Shown piece after piece: positions 38,975 through 52,204 of a stretch of 64,000 nucleotides of DNA (position 1 is its first letter; the number at the start of each line of letters is the position of its first letter). A program made the position numbers and the translations under genes. Location of the stretch: positions 257,121 through 321,120 of the forward strand of contig CAVPSJ010000011.1 of NCBI GenBank assembly GCA_963708295.1. Direction: 5' to 3'. Source of the stretch: an uncultured delta proteobacterium (lineage in GTDB: Bacteria; Desulfobacterota; BSN033; UBA1163). The notes under the pieces are model-generated. The model searched no databases, had not been told where the DNA came from, and worked only from the letters and a program-made list of their open reading frames with translations.

Positions 38975-41900
38975 ATGTTTCGAAAAATATCGGAGATATA
39001 TGAAAATAAGCTAAGGCCCCGTGCGAAGAAAATCCTCATTGGAGTATTCTCTTCTTCGTCGTCTTTACCCTGGTCGGCTTCTTTGTTCTGCCTCCGATCT
39101 TAAAATCTATTCTGACCAAGCAGCTCTCCGAGAATCTTCACCGTGACGTGACGATCGATCAGATTAAGATCAATCCCTACACCCTCTCCATATCGGTAAG
39201 AGGTCTCACGATAAAAGACAAAGGAAGCCCAGAAACCTTTGTCTCTTTCGGGGAGATCTTTCTGAATTTCCAGAGTTTCTCCGCCCTTAGGAGGGCTGTC
39301 ATTTTTAGCGAAATCAGGCTAACCCAACCCTACATCAAGATTAGCCGTAATCAAGACGCGTCTTATAATTTTTCTGATTTACTGGAGAAGAAGGAAACGA
39401 AACCTCCGGAAAAAGAAAAGTCCAAGTCCAAACCTTTGAGATTCTCTCTGAATAATATAAGAATAGAAAACGGAAGCATCGATTTCTGGGATGGACCCGT
39501 GCAGATAAAGCACACCGTCAGGGAATTGAATATCGGCGTCCCATTTATATCGAATATCCCATCCTACATCAATAGATACGTTCAACCCCATTTTTCGGCC
39601 AAAATTAATGACACTCCTTATGTGATTGAAGGTACGACGAAACCGTTTGTCGACTCGCGCGAAACCTCTTTTGATATCAACATTAAAGATCTTGACATCC
39701 CTTATTATCTTGCCTATGCCCCTACGAAAATGAATTTTAAAATCGTCTCGGCCCTTCTGGATACCCAGACAAAACTCTCTTTTATTGAAACGAAGGATAA
39801 GAAGCCTTCGATCACCATTTCGGGAGATGTTTCTTTGAAAAGAATTGCGGTAGACGATGGGAAAAACAAGCCTCTTCTCAGACTCCCCCTGCTGGGTGTC
39901 TCTATCGCCCCGTCGGAGCCCATCACGAAGGTCATTCATCTATCAAAGATATCCATCCAATCACCGGAGCTGGAAATACGAAGAGATGAAAAGGGAGTGG
40001 TCAATGTTCAAACCCTCTTCCCCGAAACAAAAGAAACAAAGCCTGCCCCCAAGAAAGCGGAGGAGTCAGCGCCTCTATCTTTAGACATCGATGAGATACA
40101 ATTGTCGGGGGGAAAAGTTACATTTTCTGACATCTCCAGGAGTAAACCCTTTAAGACGATTTTAGATCCGATCGAGTTCAAGGTTGACCATTTCAGCAAC
40201 GTCAAAGACAAGAAATCCGCCTACGCGCTATCCATCAAAACCGAAGCCAAAGAAAGTATCAGTTTACAAGGTGAGTTCTCTATGGACCCTCTGGGGGCAG
40301 AAGGGACCCTGGAAATCAAATCCGTCCCTCTGAAAAAATACGCGCCTTACTATCGGGACAGTATCCTGTTCGACATCGAGGATGGGCGACTCGATTTTTC
40401 AACCCGTTATAAATATGCTAAGGGCGAGAGGGAGCCGGAGATTTCGCTTCCGGGAATGTCTCTCTCCCTCAGTGCTCTCCGCTGCAAGAAATCTGATGAA
40501 AACGAGGACTTTCTCAAAATTCCTGCTTTTTCGATTAAAGAGACTGAATTGAACATGACGAAAAAAGAGATGAAAATTGGAGTTTTTGCAACTCAGAAGG
40601 GTGAACTTCTGATCAAACGTTTACCCAACGGGGATATGAACATCCTCAAACTGGTTGCTCCTCCGCCCGTGCCCGAGGAAACAGCTTCCAAGGAGCGATC
40701 GCCTGTGGATAAACCCAAACCTCCTGAAAAACCATGGCTTGTATCACTCAGGAACCTGTCTCTTGACAATTATATGATCAGAGTCGAAGACCAGACGAAT
40801 TCCGAGCCTGTCACCCTCACTGCAAAAAACCTGAAGGTCAAGGGGGAGAATATCTCGACCGCTAAAAATAGCAAGGGGAAACTCGCTCTGTCCCTCCGTT
40901 TGAATGATACAGGATCGATTTCCACAACGGGAACGATTGGCATCGAACCCATGACCGCAGATTTGAAAATGGAACTTAAAGGGATTGAAATTGCCACCTC
41001 TCCAACCCTATTTTACGGACAAAGTAAATATTAATGTGACAGGGGGAGCTATTTCCACCGCGGGGAATCTCTCCTTTGCTTCCACGGAGAAGAAGGAAAT
41101 GAAGGCGTCCTATAAGGGCGAGGCCGCTTTAACTAATTTTTCTTCGGTTGATAAACTGAGCGGAGGAGACCTGCTGAAATTTGAATCCCTTTCCTTTAAC
41201 GATCTCAATTTCGGATATACTCCCCTCTCGGTTGACATCAAAGGGATCTCCCTCACTGACTTCTATGCCCGCATCTCCATCGACGCCCAGGGAAAAATCA
41301 ATCTTCAGGAGATTATGAAAACGGGGGAGCCGAAGCAAGCGTCACCTCCCCCTCCCGTTCAGCAAGCGAAAAGTGAGCCCCCCCCAGGGGAAAATGCAAC
41401 TTCAAAGAATATCAAGATCGGTCAGATCACGCTTCAGGGAGGGAGGATAGACGTTTCAGACCAGTCGGTCAAACCTGAATTTTCAATGAACCTATCAGAG
41501 ATGGGAGGAAGGGTCTCGGGGCTTTCGGCTGAGGCAAATACGACCGCAGATGTTGAACTCCGGGGCAAACTGAACGAGTATACTCCTCTTGAGATCACCG
41601 GCAAAATTAATCCCCTGAGAGACGACCTCTATGTAGACATAAAAGCCAGAATTAAGGACTTTGAGCTAAGTCCGACAACACCTTACTCAGGGAAATATGT
41701 CGGCTATACCATCGAGAAGGGTAAACTCTCCTTCGATTTGAAATATCTGATCGTTAAGAGGAAGCTTGAATCGCAAAATACTATCTTCTTCGACCAATTC
41801 ACCTTCGGCGAAAAGGTTGAAAGCGCTACCGCAACGAAATTACCCGTAAAGCTTGCCGTTGCCCTTCTAAAGGACAGGAAGGGTGAGATCAAATTGGACC

Positions 41901-42598
41901 TTCCCGTCACGGGGAGCCTGGATGATCCGAAATTCAGCGTATGGGGAGTGATCCTGAAGATCCTCGTTAATTTGATTTCAAAGGCAGCCACGTCACCTTT
42001 TTCTCTTCTCGGAGCTGCATTCGGGGGCGGAGAAGAACTGAGTTACGTTGAGTTCGATTACGGGAGTACCGTCGTTTCAGAATCGAGTGCAAAAAAACTT
42101 GAAACCATCGTCAAGGCTCTTCGTGATCGACCGTCGCTCAAAATGGATATCGAAGGCCATGTCGATTCGGAGAGAGACCGGGAGGGATTGAAACAATACT
42201 TGTTTAACAGAAAGGTTCAGGTTCAGAAGCTGAATGAAACGGTTAAGAAGGGGCAGCCTGCCATCCCGGCGGATGAAGTTAAAGTCGAGAAACAGGAATA
42301 CGAAAAATACCTGAAGATGGCTTACAAAGAAGAAAAATTTCCCAAGCCCAAGAATTTCATCGGCATGGCGAAAGACCTGCCTGTCCCGGAAATGGAAAAA
42401 TTAATGCTGACCCACATCGAGGTCAAGGAGGGTGACCTGAGAACCCTTGCCTCTCAACGATCGATGAAGGTAAGGGATGCCATGTTGAAATCCGGACAGG
42501 TTGAACCGGAGAGAGTTTTTGTCCTTGAACCTAAATCTCTTGCACCTGTAAAGAAGGAAAAGGTTAAAGACAGCCGTGTTGATTTTAAGCTGAAATAA
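38975..42598 (+). CDS. DUF748 (AsmA-like) protein with OmpA-like C-terminus; split by two frameshifts (~39045, ~40997)
   Basis: N-terminal [34 protein letters not shown] and [29 protein letters not shown]; fragments are contiguous in adjacent frames. Confidence 0.8.
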
Positions 42599-42647
42599 TT
42601 ACAATAAAAGATTCTTCAAAATCCCAATCGAAGAGGAGGGACCAGCA

Positions 42648-43103
42648 ATGTTAAAGGAATTCAAAGAATTTGCGATGCGAGGAAACGTCGTGGATATGGC
42701 TGTTGGAATTATCATCGGGGCGGCCTTTGGCACCATTGTCAATTCGCTTGTTCAGGATGTGATCATGCCGCCCATCGGCCTGCTTCTGGGGAATATTGAT
42801 TTTTCTAATCTCTTTGCAGTCCTTAAAGATGGCAAGGTGGCAGGACCCTATACCTCTGTCGCCGCTGCGAAAGCCGCAGGCGCGGTTACCATAAACTATG
42901 GTCTGTTCATCAACACCATCATCAGCTTTGTCATCGTCGCCTTCGCGGTGTTTCTGCTTGTGAAGACGGTTAATAAATTGAATCGCCAAAAGGAAGCTCT
43001 CCCGGCTGTGCCGACGACGAAAGAGTGTTCTTATTGTCTCTCAACCATTCCGATTAAGGCAACGCGTTGCCCGAATTGCACTTCTGAGTTGAAGATGGCC
43101 TGA
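42648..43103 (+). CDS. mscL: Large-conductance mechanosensitive channel with C-terminal CxxC-CxxC tail
   Basis: [28 protein letters not shown]; INYGLFIN; tail CSYC..CPNC. Confidence 0.95.
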   Translation: MLKEFKEFAMRGNVVDMAVGIIIGAAFGTIVNSLVQDVIMPPIGLLLGNIDFSNLFAVLKDGKVAGPYTSVAAAKAAGAVTINYGLFINTIISFVIVAFAVFLLVKTVNKLNRQKEALPAVPTTKECSYCLSTIPIKATRCPNCTSELKMA

Positions 43104-43283
43104 AGGTGGACCGAAATAGTTTCCCGAACAAGTTATTCCCGTCCTTCTGATCACTCCTGCGAAAGCGGGAATCTAGATGATTCAACGTATTCTGTCGCCC
43201 CCACCCCGTGCTGCATAGGGGCCGCGTGTGACAGATCGTTGAGGTTTCTTACTAGCTTCATAAGATAAGACAGGAGATCTACG

Positions 43284-44612
43284 ATGCTATCACGCTTCCT
43301 CACCTTTTTTAGGACCGGCATTTGGGAAATTCAACTAAGAAATCTTTCACCCATAAAAGCCTTTTCCGTCAAATATCTTCGTATCATTCTTTTGGCATCC
43401 AGAGGATTTATGAGAGATCATTGTCAGAAGACCGCTTCGGTTCTAACCTATTACTCTCTACTCAATTTGGTTCCCGTTGTGGCCGTAGCCTTTGCGATGG
43501 CGAAAGGCTTCGGTCTTGAAAAACTCATCGAGAAACAGATCCTCCAAATGGCAGAGAAGGCAAATTGGCAGGCCGATATCACCAACCAGATCATTTCGTT
43601 CTCCCATAACCTTCTTAATCAGGCGAAGGGAGGTTTAATTGCGGGTGTCGGAATAGTCTTGCTGTTCTGGACCGTCATTTCCATCATGGGAAAAATTGAA
43701 GAGTCTCTTAACGAAATTTGGGAAATAAAAAAACCAAGGACACTGATAAGAAAATTTAGCGATTATATTACAATGATGGTCCTTGGCCCTGTTCTTATGA
43801 TCATTTCCAGCAGTGCGACCATTCTTGTGGCCAGTCAAGTGACAGTGATCGTCAATAAAATCGAGGTCCTAGGGGTTTTCAGCAAGGTTATTTTTCTCCT
43901 GTTGAATCTATTACCCTATGCGTCGATTTGGGTTCTCTTAACGATGCTCTATCTCATCATGCCAAACTCCAAGATTCCGATCAGGTCAGCCATTTTGGGA
44001 GGTGTCGCCGCCGGGACGATCGCCCAAATTGTTCAGTGGATATATATCAAATTCCAGATAGGGGTAGCAAGTTATGGTGCCATTTACGGGAGCTTTGCGG
44101 CCCTGCCTCTTTTCCTAGGCATGCTTCAAATGAGTTGGATGATCGTTCTTTTCGGGGCAGAAATTGCGAATGCCAATGAACATTATGAAACGTTCGGCTT
44201 TCACCCGGACTATTCCAGGATGAGCGTTTCATCAAAAAAAATTCTCATGCTCAGGATCTTTCACCTCCTCACCAAAAAGTTTTCTCTGGGAGAAAAACCC
44301 TTGAGTGTCCACCAGATTGCCCATGCTTTGGAGATTCCGGTTCGCCTCGTACGGCAGTTCCTCCATGAACTCAGCGATGTCGGCCTGGTGGTTGAGACAA
44401 CAAGGGGAATCAAGAGCGAGGTCGCCTTTCAACCCGGGAGGACGATTGAAAACATTACAGTCAAATTCGCACTGGATGAGTATGAGAAATACGGAACCAC
44501 CAAGATCCCTGATTATCAATCCGAGGAAGCGGAGAAGATCTCAAGGTACTTCAAAGACATTTCGGAAACCATCGAGAAATCACCAGCAAATGTTCGCTTA
44601 AAAGAGATATAA
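43284..44612 (+). CDS. YihY/BrkB family membrane protein with C-terminal winged helix
   Basis: LTYYSLL..VP, IEESLNEIW and YGAIYGSFAALPLF. Confidence 0.88.
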   Translation: MLSRFLTFFRTGIWEIQLRNLSPIKAFSVKYLRIILLASRGFMRDHCQKTASVLTYYSLLNLVPVVAVAFAMAKGFGLEKLIEKQILQMAEKANWQADITNQIISFSHNLLNQAKGGLIAGVGIVLLFWTVISIMGKIEESLNEIWEIKKPRTLIRKFSDYITMMVLGPVLMIISSSATILVASQVTVIVNKIEVLGVFSKVIFLLLNLLPYASIWVLLTMLYLIMPNSKIPIRSAILGGVAAGTIAQIVQWIYIKFQIGVASYGAIYGSFAALPLFLGMLQMSWMIVLFGAEIANANEHYETFGFHPDYSRMSVSSKKILMLRIFHLLTKKFSLGEKPLSVHQIAHALEIPVRLVRQFLHELSDVGLVVETTRGIKSEVAFQPGRTIENITVKFALDEYEKYGTTKIPDYQSEEAEKISRYFKDISETIEKSPANVRLKEI

Positions 44613-44656
44613 CAGGGGTTTGCTGCATTGACAAATGGATCCGAAATCACTTATAA

Positions 44657-45657
<1,001 letters not shown>

Positions 45658-45659
<2 letters not shown>

Positions 45660-45818
45660 ATTCGAAGCACGAAGTCCGAAATTCGAAACAAGCACGAAGG
45701 TCCAAAATAAAAATGTTAAAATAGTCCAAATAGTCTTAATTCTCAATTATTGAATTCAGATTTCGTTTCGGATTGGTCCGAGGTAGACCTTTCGCCCGAT
45801 ATTCGAATTTCGGATCTG
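45658..45818. repeat. Degenerate 7-nt-period inverted repeat
   Basis: AAATTCG/AAGCACG/AAGTCCG units at left; CGATATT/CGAATTT/CGGATCT units at right. Confidence 0.5.
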
Positions 45819-45843
45819 AACTGACAAAGGATTAGGAGACTCT

Positions 45844-47196
45844 ATGTGCGGTATCTTTGGGATCTATAATCATTTTGAAGCATCCAATCTCGCGTATCTA
45901 GGCCTCTATGCCCTCCAGCATCGTGGCCAGGAGAGCGCTGGGATCGTCTCCTCAGACAGGAGACAACTCCATCATTACCGCCAGATGGGGTTGGTCTCTG
46001 AGGTCTTCACCCAAGATATTCTGAAGCGACTCACTGGAAATAGCGCCATCGGCCATGTCCGGTATTCAACCGCCGGTTCAAGCGAGCTCAAAAACGCCCA
46101 GCCTTTTTCTGTGGATTATCACAAAGGCAGTTTAGCCATCGCCCACAACGGCAATCTGACCAATGCCTTTCTTATTAAAAGCGAACTCGAATCGAAAGGT
46201 TCCATATTTCAGTCGAATATGGATACGGAGGTCATCGTTCATCTCATCGCCCGTTCCAAAGAAAAAAGCTTCGTAGAGCGAACGGCCCATGCCCTCAAAC
46301 AGGTGGAAGGAGCCTACTCTTTACTCATCCTGACGGAGAACGAGATGATCGCAGCCAGAGATCCTTTTGGTTTAAGGCCTTTGGTTCTCGGTCAGCTTAA
46401 GGATGCACCTGTGGTTGCCTCTGAGACATGCGCCTTTGACCTCATCGGAGCCAAGTTTGTCAGGGAGATTGAACCCGGCGAAATCCTCTTGGTGAATGAA
46501 GACGGAACGAAATCCTTCAAACCCTTTGCGCGCAAACAACTTCACCAATGCATCTTTGAGTTCATCTACTTCGCCCGGCCGGATAGTTTCCTTTTCAACA
46601 GAAGTGTTTATGAAGTCAGAAAATCGTTTGGAGTTCAGCTTGCCAGGGAGTCCCCAGTCGATGTGGATATGGTCGTTCCTATCCCAGATTCCGGATTCTC
46701 GGCCGCATTGGGCTACGCAGCTGAATCGAAAATCCCCTTCGAACTTGGAATGATAAGAAATCATTATATCGGACGGACGTTTATCGAACCCGAACGACGA
46801 ATTCGCCATTTCGGTGTCAAGATCAAGCTGAACCCGGTAAGAGAATTATTGAAAGGCAAAAAGATTATCACCGTGGATGACTCCATCGTCCGGGCAACCA
46901 CCAGCCGAAAGATCAACAGGATGTTTCGGAATGCCGGCGCACAAGAAATTCATGTCAGAATCAGCTCTCCACCCATTACCCACCCCTGTTTTTTCGGCAT
47001 CGACACCCCAAAAAGATCAGAACTGATCGCCTCCTCCCATAAGATCAAGCAGATTCAAAAGTTCATCGAGGCGAGTTCTCTACATTATTTAACTTTAGAG
47101 GGTCTCAAGAAGTGTGTAAAGGAAGACGCCGAACAGTTCTGCTATGCCTGTTTCACAGGAGATTATCCCATACCTTTCCAGATGGATTTAGAGTAA
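45844..47196 (+). CDS. purF: Amidophosphoribosyltransferase; 3' end at island 2 attL
   Basis: [40 protein letters not shown] and VDDSIVR. Confidence 0.97.
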   Translation: MCGIFGIYNHFEASNLAYLGLYALQHRGQESAGIVSSDRRQLHHYRQMGLVSEVFTQDILKRLTGNSAIGHVRYSTAGSSELKNAQPFSVDYHKGSLAIAHNGNLTNAFLIKSELESKGSIFQSNMDTEVIVHLIARSKEKSFVERTAHALKQVEGAYSLLILTENEMIAARDPFGLRPLVLGQLKDAPVVASETCAFDLIGAKFVREIEPGEILLVNEDGTKSFKPFARKQLHQCIFEFIYFARPDSFLFNRSVYEVRKSFGVQLARESPVDVDMVVPIPDSGFSAALGYAAESKIPFELGMIRNHYIGRTFIEPERRIRHFGVKIKLNPVRELLKGKKIITVDDSIVRATTSRKINRMFRNAGAQEIHVRISSPPITHPCFFGIDTPKRSELIASSHKIKQIQKFIEASSLHYLTLEGLKKCVKEDAEQFCYACFTGDYPIPFQMDLE

Positions 47197-47201
47197 AAAC
47201 A

Positions 47202-47330
47202 TTACCCCTTACATTCCAATACTTTTCGTTCCTGCTCTTTTTCATGTGGGGGATTTTGTGCCATGAGCTGATCCAGAGCATCCAAAGCGCTTATTTTATG
47301 GTTTGGAGCAGAACGGGCGTGGCGTAACCT
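47202..47330 (-). pseudogene. Tyrosine integrase C-terminal remnant
   Basis: LRHARSAPNHKISALDALDQLMAQNPPHEKEQERKVLECKG* resembles the RYAHLAPxHK..A...LD tail with the catalytic Tyr lost. Confidence 0.6.
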
Positions 47331-47363
47331 CCTTCTTTTGCCAATCGGCGGGTTAACGTTTTA

Positions 47364-47795
47364 TCACGTCCGCCTCCTTCCCGTTGTTTCTTTCTTGCCT
47401 AAAAGTAAGAATCCCAAACCAAGTCCAAAAATAATGATGCTAAATGCTACACAATCAAAATAGTGAATAGAAATAGAAATTTCCCGGTTCTTAACTCTTG
47501 ATGGTAGGTCTAATATGATCTCTTCTACGGACATATCCGAATCTGAAAAACTATCTACTTTCCTCCCTCTCTCTAATTTCATGTATTTTTCATATACACT
47601 AGGGTCTCTTTTTCTAAGCATGTCTTCATATTCCTTATGACTGTAATAAATCGCATCCTTTAGGACGAACCGACCAACATATTTAGATCGAATATTCTTA
47701 AGGTTAAACTTCCCTCCCTTGAAATCAGTGTAAAGTGAAACAATTATAGGGAAGAGAAATCCAAAAATAAGAAATATGAAACCAATCCTTCTCAT
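47364..47795 (-). CDS. Hypothetical membrane protein (N- and C-terminal TM)
   Basis: 143 aa; GGAGGTGA RBS; two hydrophobic segments. Confidence 0.65.
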   Translation of the reverse strand: MRRIGFIFLIFGFLFPIIVSLYTDFKGGKFNLKNIRSKYVGRFVLKDAIYYSHKEYEDMLRKRDPSVYEKYMKLERGRKVDSFSDSDMSVEEIILDLPSRVKNREISISIHYFDCVAFSIIIFGLGLGFLLLGKKETTGRRRT

Positions 47796-47856
47796 TCACC
47801 TCACCTCCTTTCTTTCGCCCGTTGCCCGGTTAAAGTTATCGGGTTGACCTCCTTCC

Positions 47857-48021
47857 TCAGAATTTTACTCCTGCGCTCTTTGCCCAGATATAGAAAAAAT
47901 CATCAGCAAAGATCCAGACCCGTCGCTCGTCATCATTCAATTTCTTGACGTTCGGATATTTCCGCCGGATGGCCTGATCCAACTCCCGCCTGTTCTTTCT
48001 GATAAATTGGTCTAAGGTCAT
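47857..48021 (-). CDS. 54-aa phage-like hypothetical protein
   Basis: MTLDQFIRKNRRELDQAI...LNDDERRVWI...WAKSAGV; GGAG RBS. Confidence 0.55.
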   Translation of the reverse strand: MTLDQFIRKNRRELDQAIRRKYPNVKKLNDDERRVWIFADDFFYIWAKSAGVKF

Positions 48022-48533
48022 ACTTAATCTCCGTTTTTTGCGTCCAGAATGCTCCCAGGACAAGGCTTCTCACCGCTGCCTATACTGCAAAAAACCATGA
48101 ATCAATAAGTTACGTTAACCTCCATCCGTGCCAATGGCATCAAACGTTAACGGCTCACCTTTTCTGCTTTTGTGACCTTCTTCGAAACTGTATTGATATT
48201 TTTTCAACCCTAAGACGCAACGTTTTAAGCTCGTCCTCTAAGCCTTTCACTTGATTTTCAAGGCTGGTAACCTTCGATTCTAAAGATCGTATTCTCCTTG
48301 ATTGTGATCATTATTCTTTATATCTATCAAGGAGGTCAGCGGACCATCCAATCGCCACGATGAATATTAAACCACAGAGAATAGCGACTAAATATTTTTC
48401 ATGCTTGCCCCCCTCTCTGGCCTTGTTACACCATCCTGTCGATCTTGAGATTAACTTCTCATTCACCATTTCCAAAACCTCCTCCTGGGTGATTATTCCC
48501 TTTTCATCGCCAACAAGATCAATACAATCTTAT

Positions 48534-48689
48534 TCATGCTTTCCCCCTCCCCTTTTTCTCAAACCCTTCCCAATATTTGTCAAAAGCCCTTCTTAAAATC
48601 TCAGAAGCACTAAGACCTGTTTTTTTACAAATCAAACCCAATCTCCTGAACTGGAAATCCGTGAGATAAAACATTCGCCTCTTACCCAT
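48534..48689 (-). CDS. Ribbon-helix-helix protein (51 aa, not in ORF track)
   Basis: MGKRRMFYLTDFQFRRLGLICKKTGLSASEILRRAFDKYWEGFEKKGRGKA*; homologous to 8441-8596. Confidence 0.75.
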   Translation of the reverse strand: MGKRRMFYLTDFQFRRLGLICKKTGLSASEILRRAFDKYWEGFEKKGRGKA

Positions 48690-48906
48690 GATCTTAAATC
48701 CCCTCCGATTGAGATGTATCGTTATGATATACCCCTCATTTCTTTTTTGTCAAGCATTTCCTTGGACTTCATTGGGCATGGATTTAGAAAACATTTAGAA
48801 AACATTTTGTTGCGTTCTACCTAATTTTTTGATATCTTGTTCTTGGCAATCAACTCCTGACTGCGTCTCCTCATATTTTCGATTCTAAAATAGGGAGTGC
48901 GCTTAA

Positions 48907-49401
48907 ATGAATTTAATAGCTGTTATAGAGAAACTTATTAATGGATCTGCCATCCTTAAGGAACAGCTTGAGTTTCTTAGGGATCAAATATCTGCACTTG
49001 AGAAAGAGAATGGTGCGCTCAAATCGGAGATTGCCAATTTGAAGCACAAGCAAAATGAAAATGAATCTCAATTTGATAAGGCAACAAAAGAAATAGAACG
49101 ATTGAATCAGGTCATTGAAGCACCTAAAAAAGAGGATGCAAAGCCACATCTCGATGCAATGACTGAGAAAGTTTTGAAACTGTTATTTGACAAAGGTCGG
49201 GACATGTCTATGAATGAAGTCGCTGCCACTCTTTCTATGGATATTGGCACCGCTCAGTATCATTTCGATCTCCTTTTAGAAGGTAATTTAATAATACAAA
49301 CAAGGACAGGCTTCACATCTTCTCGGAGTCGTGAAAATGCCCCTTTTTTTGAGCTTACTCTCTCTGGTCGGAAATATGTCGTTGAGAACATTCTCAAATA
49401 A
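48907..49401 (+). CDS. Coiled-coil plus winged-helix hypothetical protein
   Basis: Heptad N-terminal half; VAATLSMDIGTAQYHFDLL...FELTLSGRKYV wHTH. Confidence 0.7.
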   Translation: MNLIAVIEKLINGSAILKEQLEFLRDQISALEKENGALKSEIANLKHKQNENESQFDKATKEIERLNQVIEAPKKEDAKPHLDAMTEKVLKLLFDKGRDMSMNEVAATLSMDIGTAQYHFDLLLEGNLIIQTRTGFTSSRSRENAPFFELTLSGRKYVVENILK

Positions 49402-49568
49402 CCATTGCCTCACCTGTTGCCTCAACCACACAATATCCTTCTTCGCAATCCTCCAGGCCCTTTCGACCTTATACGCCGGGATTGGATTAGCCACAACCTC
49501 TGGCAGATCGCATTTGGATTCAATCCACGATATTCTGCCAGTTCGCTAAGTGTGAAGAACTCCTTCAT
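49395..49568 (-). pseudogene. Frameshifted excisionase-like HTH gene
   Basis: MKEFFTLSELAEYRGLNPNAICQRLW / IPAYKVERAWRIAKKDIVWLRQ in two frames; homolog of 11270-11425; ends approximate. Confidence 0.7.
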
Positions 49569-49825
49569 TGTTTTTGATACCTCCGTTATTTCATGAGGTC
49601 TCATTTTCTAAAATCCTCCTTCATACAACCTTTCCACTGATAATCGATAATTCTTCCGATAATTCTTGTTGAAGTTTCCGATCCAAATGAGTAGACTCTT
49701 ATTAAACTATGGGGCTTCAAACCCACCTGCCTCCTAACTTTTGGGGGATGATCGTTGGGGGAAATAAAGACCAAGAAATCCGTCACCCTAACTGGGATTG
49801 ACATGCAAGGAAGGAGGAACAAAAG

Positions 49826-50558
49826 ATGATCTGGAATGAATATGCCGAGAGGTTGAGAGAGGTTTTGAAAATCGAGGGAAATCCTATTGCCGTTACCTTC
49901 TCAATGGCCCCCACCGAGGGGGGAAGAGAGGGTAAGCATTGGGTCTGTGGGGCTTTGCAGGAAGCAAGGGATGGGGCCATTATCAATTTAGATAAGGAGA
50001 ATTCAGCCTGCCATGGAGGCACGTGGCATCTTGGGCTGGGGCCAAGACCCACCGGGAAGGACGATAAAGCACTGAAGAAATTCTTAGTTGAAGGAGAGAA
50101 ATTGTTCTGCTCTATTGCTACCTTTCATCGAGCAATGACCCTGACCGCCCAGCCTCCCCTCGGGCTGGCTGATTATGTTGTTTTTTCTCCTTTGGGAAAA
50201 GCCAAATTCAAGCCAGACCTCGTTCTTTTCCTATGCAACGCCGAGCAGGCGTGCCGTCTTCTTACTTTAGCCACTTACGATAGCGGAGTTTCACCCAAGA
50301 CTGAACTCGTCGGATCGGCCTGCCATATGTCCATTACCTATCCTCTGGTATCTGGGGAGATCAATGTGAGTTTCATGGATTATACGGCAAGAAAGATGAA
50401 AGGTTATAAGCCGAATGAACTCTTTGTATCTGTTCCCTACCATCGGATGGCTGGGATACATTGAGAGCATTCCTTTCTGTACGGCAGGAACGGCCAAGAC
50501 AGAATATCCACCTGAATTTAGACACTTAGTGGAAGGGTCGTCGAAATCCAAAACCTAA
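49826..50558 (+). CDS. DUF169 family protein; 1-nt frameshift near 50460
   Basis: C..L..AR.G, SACHGG..LG, PDLVLFLCNAEQA and SACH; the tail IESIPFCTAGTAK continues in a shifted frame. Confidence 0.75.
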
Positions 50559-50775
50559 TACTACGAAAGGACAGACGAATTTAAGAGCAAATTGCAGATT
50601 CGTTAGGATAGGATAGATAACTTAACAGGTGAAACGGGATGTCACGGACTTCTTTCTGAAGTCAACATTTGACACCGATCACGGAAAGATGTAGATCACT
50701 TGCCGAAATATTGTTTTCCGAGGATCGCCATTAACAAAACGTAGAAAGCGGTCGGCGATCAAGAAAGGATGGAAT

Positions 50776-52161
50776 ATGGGAAGACGAAGAACGATTCTTA
50801 TCCTACTGGGGCTATCAATAGTGCTGATGGCAGTGTCAACACAAGCAATGCCGGTAAGTTACGTTTTCAGGGTTACTGCGACGACTGGGCCGCTCGCCGG
50901 TGTCAGCGCGAGAGGCACTTTCACATTTGACAATAGCATCATTCCTTCAGGAGGCGGGACTCTCGATCAGATCAATCTGTTATCCTACCTCAATTTCACG
51001 TGGCACGGTATCTTCTATGATCAGACCACTGCCAACACGGGCGGGTTGGCTTTCGATGAGTCCGGGAACCTATCGTCATTCGGTTTCGGCAATCAACATG
51101 GTGACGGATGGGTGGGAATTGGTATTGACACCAAGGATTGGCTTGTTTCCTCGCACTCAGGATTCCGGTATGCGAGTCCTGGCACAGGTGACTTCTGGGG
51201 CGGGACTGTTACTATAGAGCGGGCCGGGCCCGTTTCCGAAGATTTTGATGGGGATAGAAAGACCGATATGGCCTTCTACCGTTCCAGCACGGGTGCCTGG
51301 TGGATCATCCCTTCTTCAGGGATAGGGCCACAAGGACAGGTGGGAGCCTATGGAATTGGCTGGGGTGGATCAGGTTTCAAACCTGTCCCAGGAGACTATG
51401 ACGGAGATGGAAAGACCGACATTGCAATCTACGATACCACAGGGGGTGCCTGGTGGATCATCCCTTCTTCAGGGATAGGGCCACAAGGACAGGTAGGGGC
51501 CTATGGGGTGGGTTGGGGCGGATCAGCCTTCAAACCTGTTCCTGGAGATTATGATGGGGATGGAAAGACCGATGTTGCAATCTACGATACCACAGGGGGT
51601 GCCTGGTGGATCATCCCTTCTTCAGGGATAGGGCCACAAGGACAGGTAGGGGCCTATGGGGTGGGTTGGGGCGGATCAGCCTTCAAACCTGTTCCTGGAG
51701 ATTATGATGGGGATGGAAAGACAGATGTTGCAATCTACGATACCACAGGGGGTGCCTGGTGGATCATCCCTTCTTCAGGGATAGGGCCACAAGGACAGGT
51801 AGGGGCCTATGGGGTGGGCTGGGGCGGATCAGTTTACAACCCTGTCCCTGGAGATTATGATGGAGATGGAAAAACAGACATTGCCCTCTACCGTTCCTAT
51901 ACAGATAACTGGTGGATTATCCCCTCTTCTGGCATAGGCCCACAAGGGCAGGTGGGGCCTTATAGCGTGGACAGAGGTGGAGAAGGATTCAAGCCTGTCC
52001 CCGGAGATTATGATGGGGATGGAAAGACCGATGTGGCCTATTACGGGAACATCGATGGCAGCTGGAGGGTCGTCTACTCCTCCGATGGAAGATACAACGT
52101 CATGTGTTGGAGTTGGGGGGGAGATGTTTCCGATATCCCTCTGACCACAAATCCAGATTAG
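50776..52161 (+). CDS. Secreted FG-GAP/VCBS-repeat protein
   Basis: Signal peptide; six D.DGD.KTD motifs; five 51-aa repeats. Confidence 0.85.
   Translation: MGRRRTILILLGLSIVLMAVSTQAMPVSYVFRVTATTGPLAGVSARGTFTFDNSIIPSGGGTLDQINLLSYLNFTWHGIFYDQTTANTGGLAFDESGNLSSFGFGNQHGDGWVGIGIDTKDWLVSSHSGFRYASPGTGDFWGGTVTIERAGPVSEDFDGDRKTDMAFYRSSTGAWWIIPSSGIGPQGQVGAYGIGWGGSGFKPVPGDYDGDGKTDIAIYDTTGGAWWIIPSSGIGPQGQVGAYGVGWGGSAFKPVPGDYDGDGKTDVAIYDTTGGAWWIIPSSGIGPQGQVGAYGVGWGGSAFKPVPGDYDGDGKTDVAIYDTTGGAWWIIPSSGIGPQGQVGAYGVGWGGSVYNPVPGDYDGDGKTDIALYRSYTDNWWIIPSSGIGPQGQVGPYSVDRGGEGFKPVPGDYDGDGKTDVAYYGNIDGSWRVVYSSDGRYNVMCWSWGGDVSDIPLTTNPD
51238..52040 (+). repeat. Coding tandem repeat, 153-bp unit x ~5
   Basis: Unit GGAWWIIPSSGIGPQGQVGAYGVGWGGSAFKPVPGDYDGDGKTDVAIYDTT; central copies nearly identical at DNA level. 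Confidence 0.9.
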
Positions 52162-52204
52162 ATTGATTGAACTGTTTTAGGTATTGATTTGTTAAGCTTG
52201 AGAA

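Noticed and set aside
50455-50470. TGA at the DUF169 end as selenocysteine
   Set aside because: The plausible continuation is in a different frame, so this is an indel rather than read-through
51238-52040. Regular long repeats as a CRISPR array
   Set aside because: These are in-frame 153-bp coding repeats with no unique spacers and no cas genes
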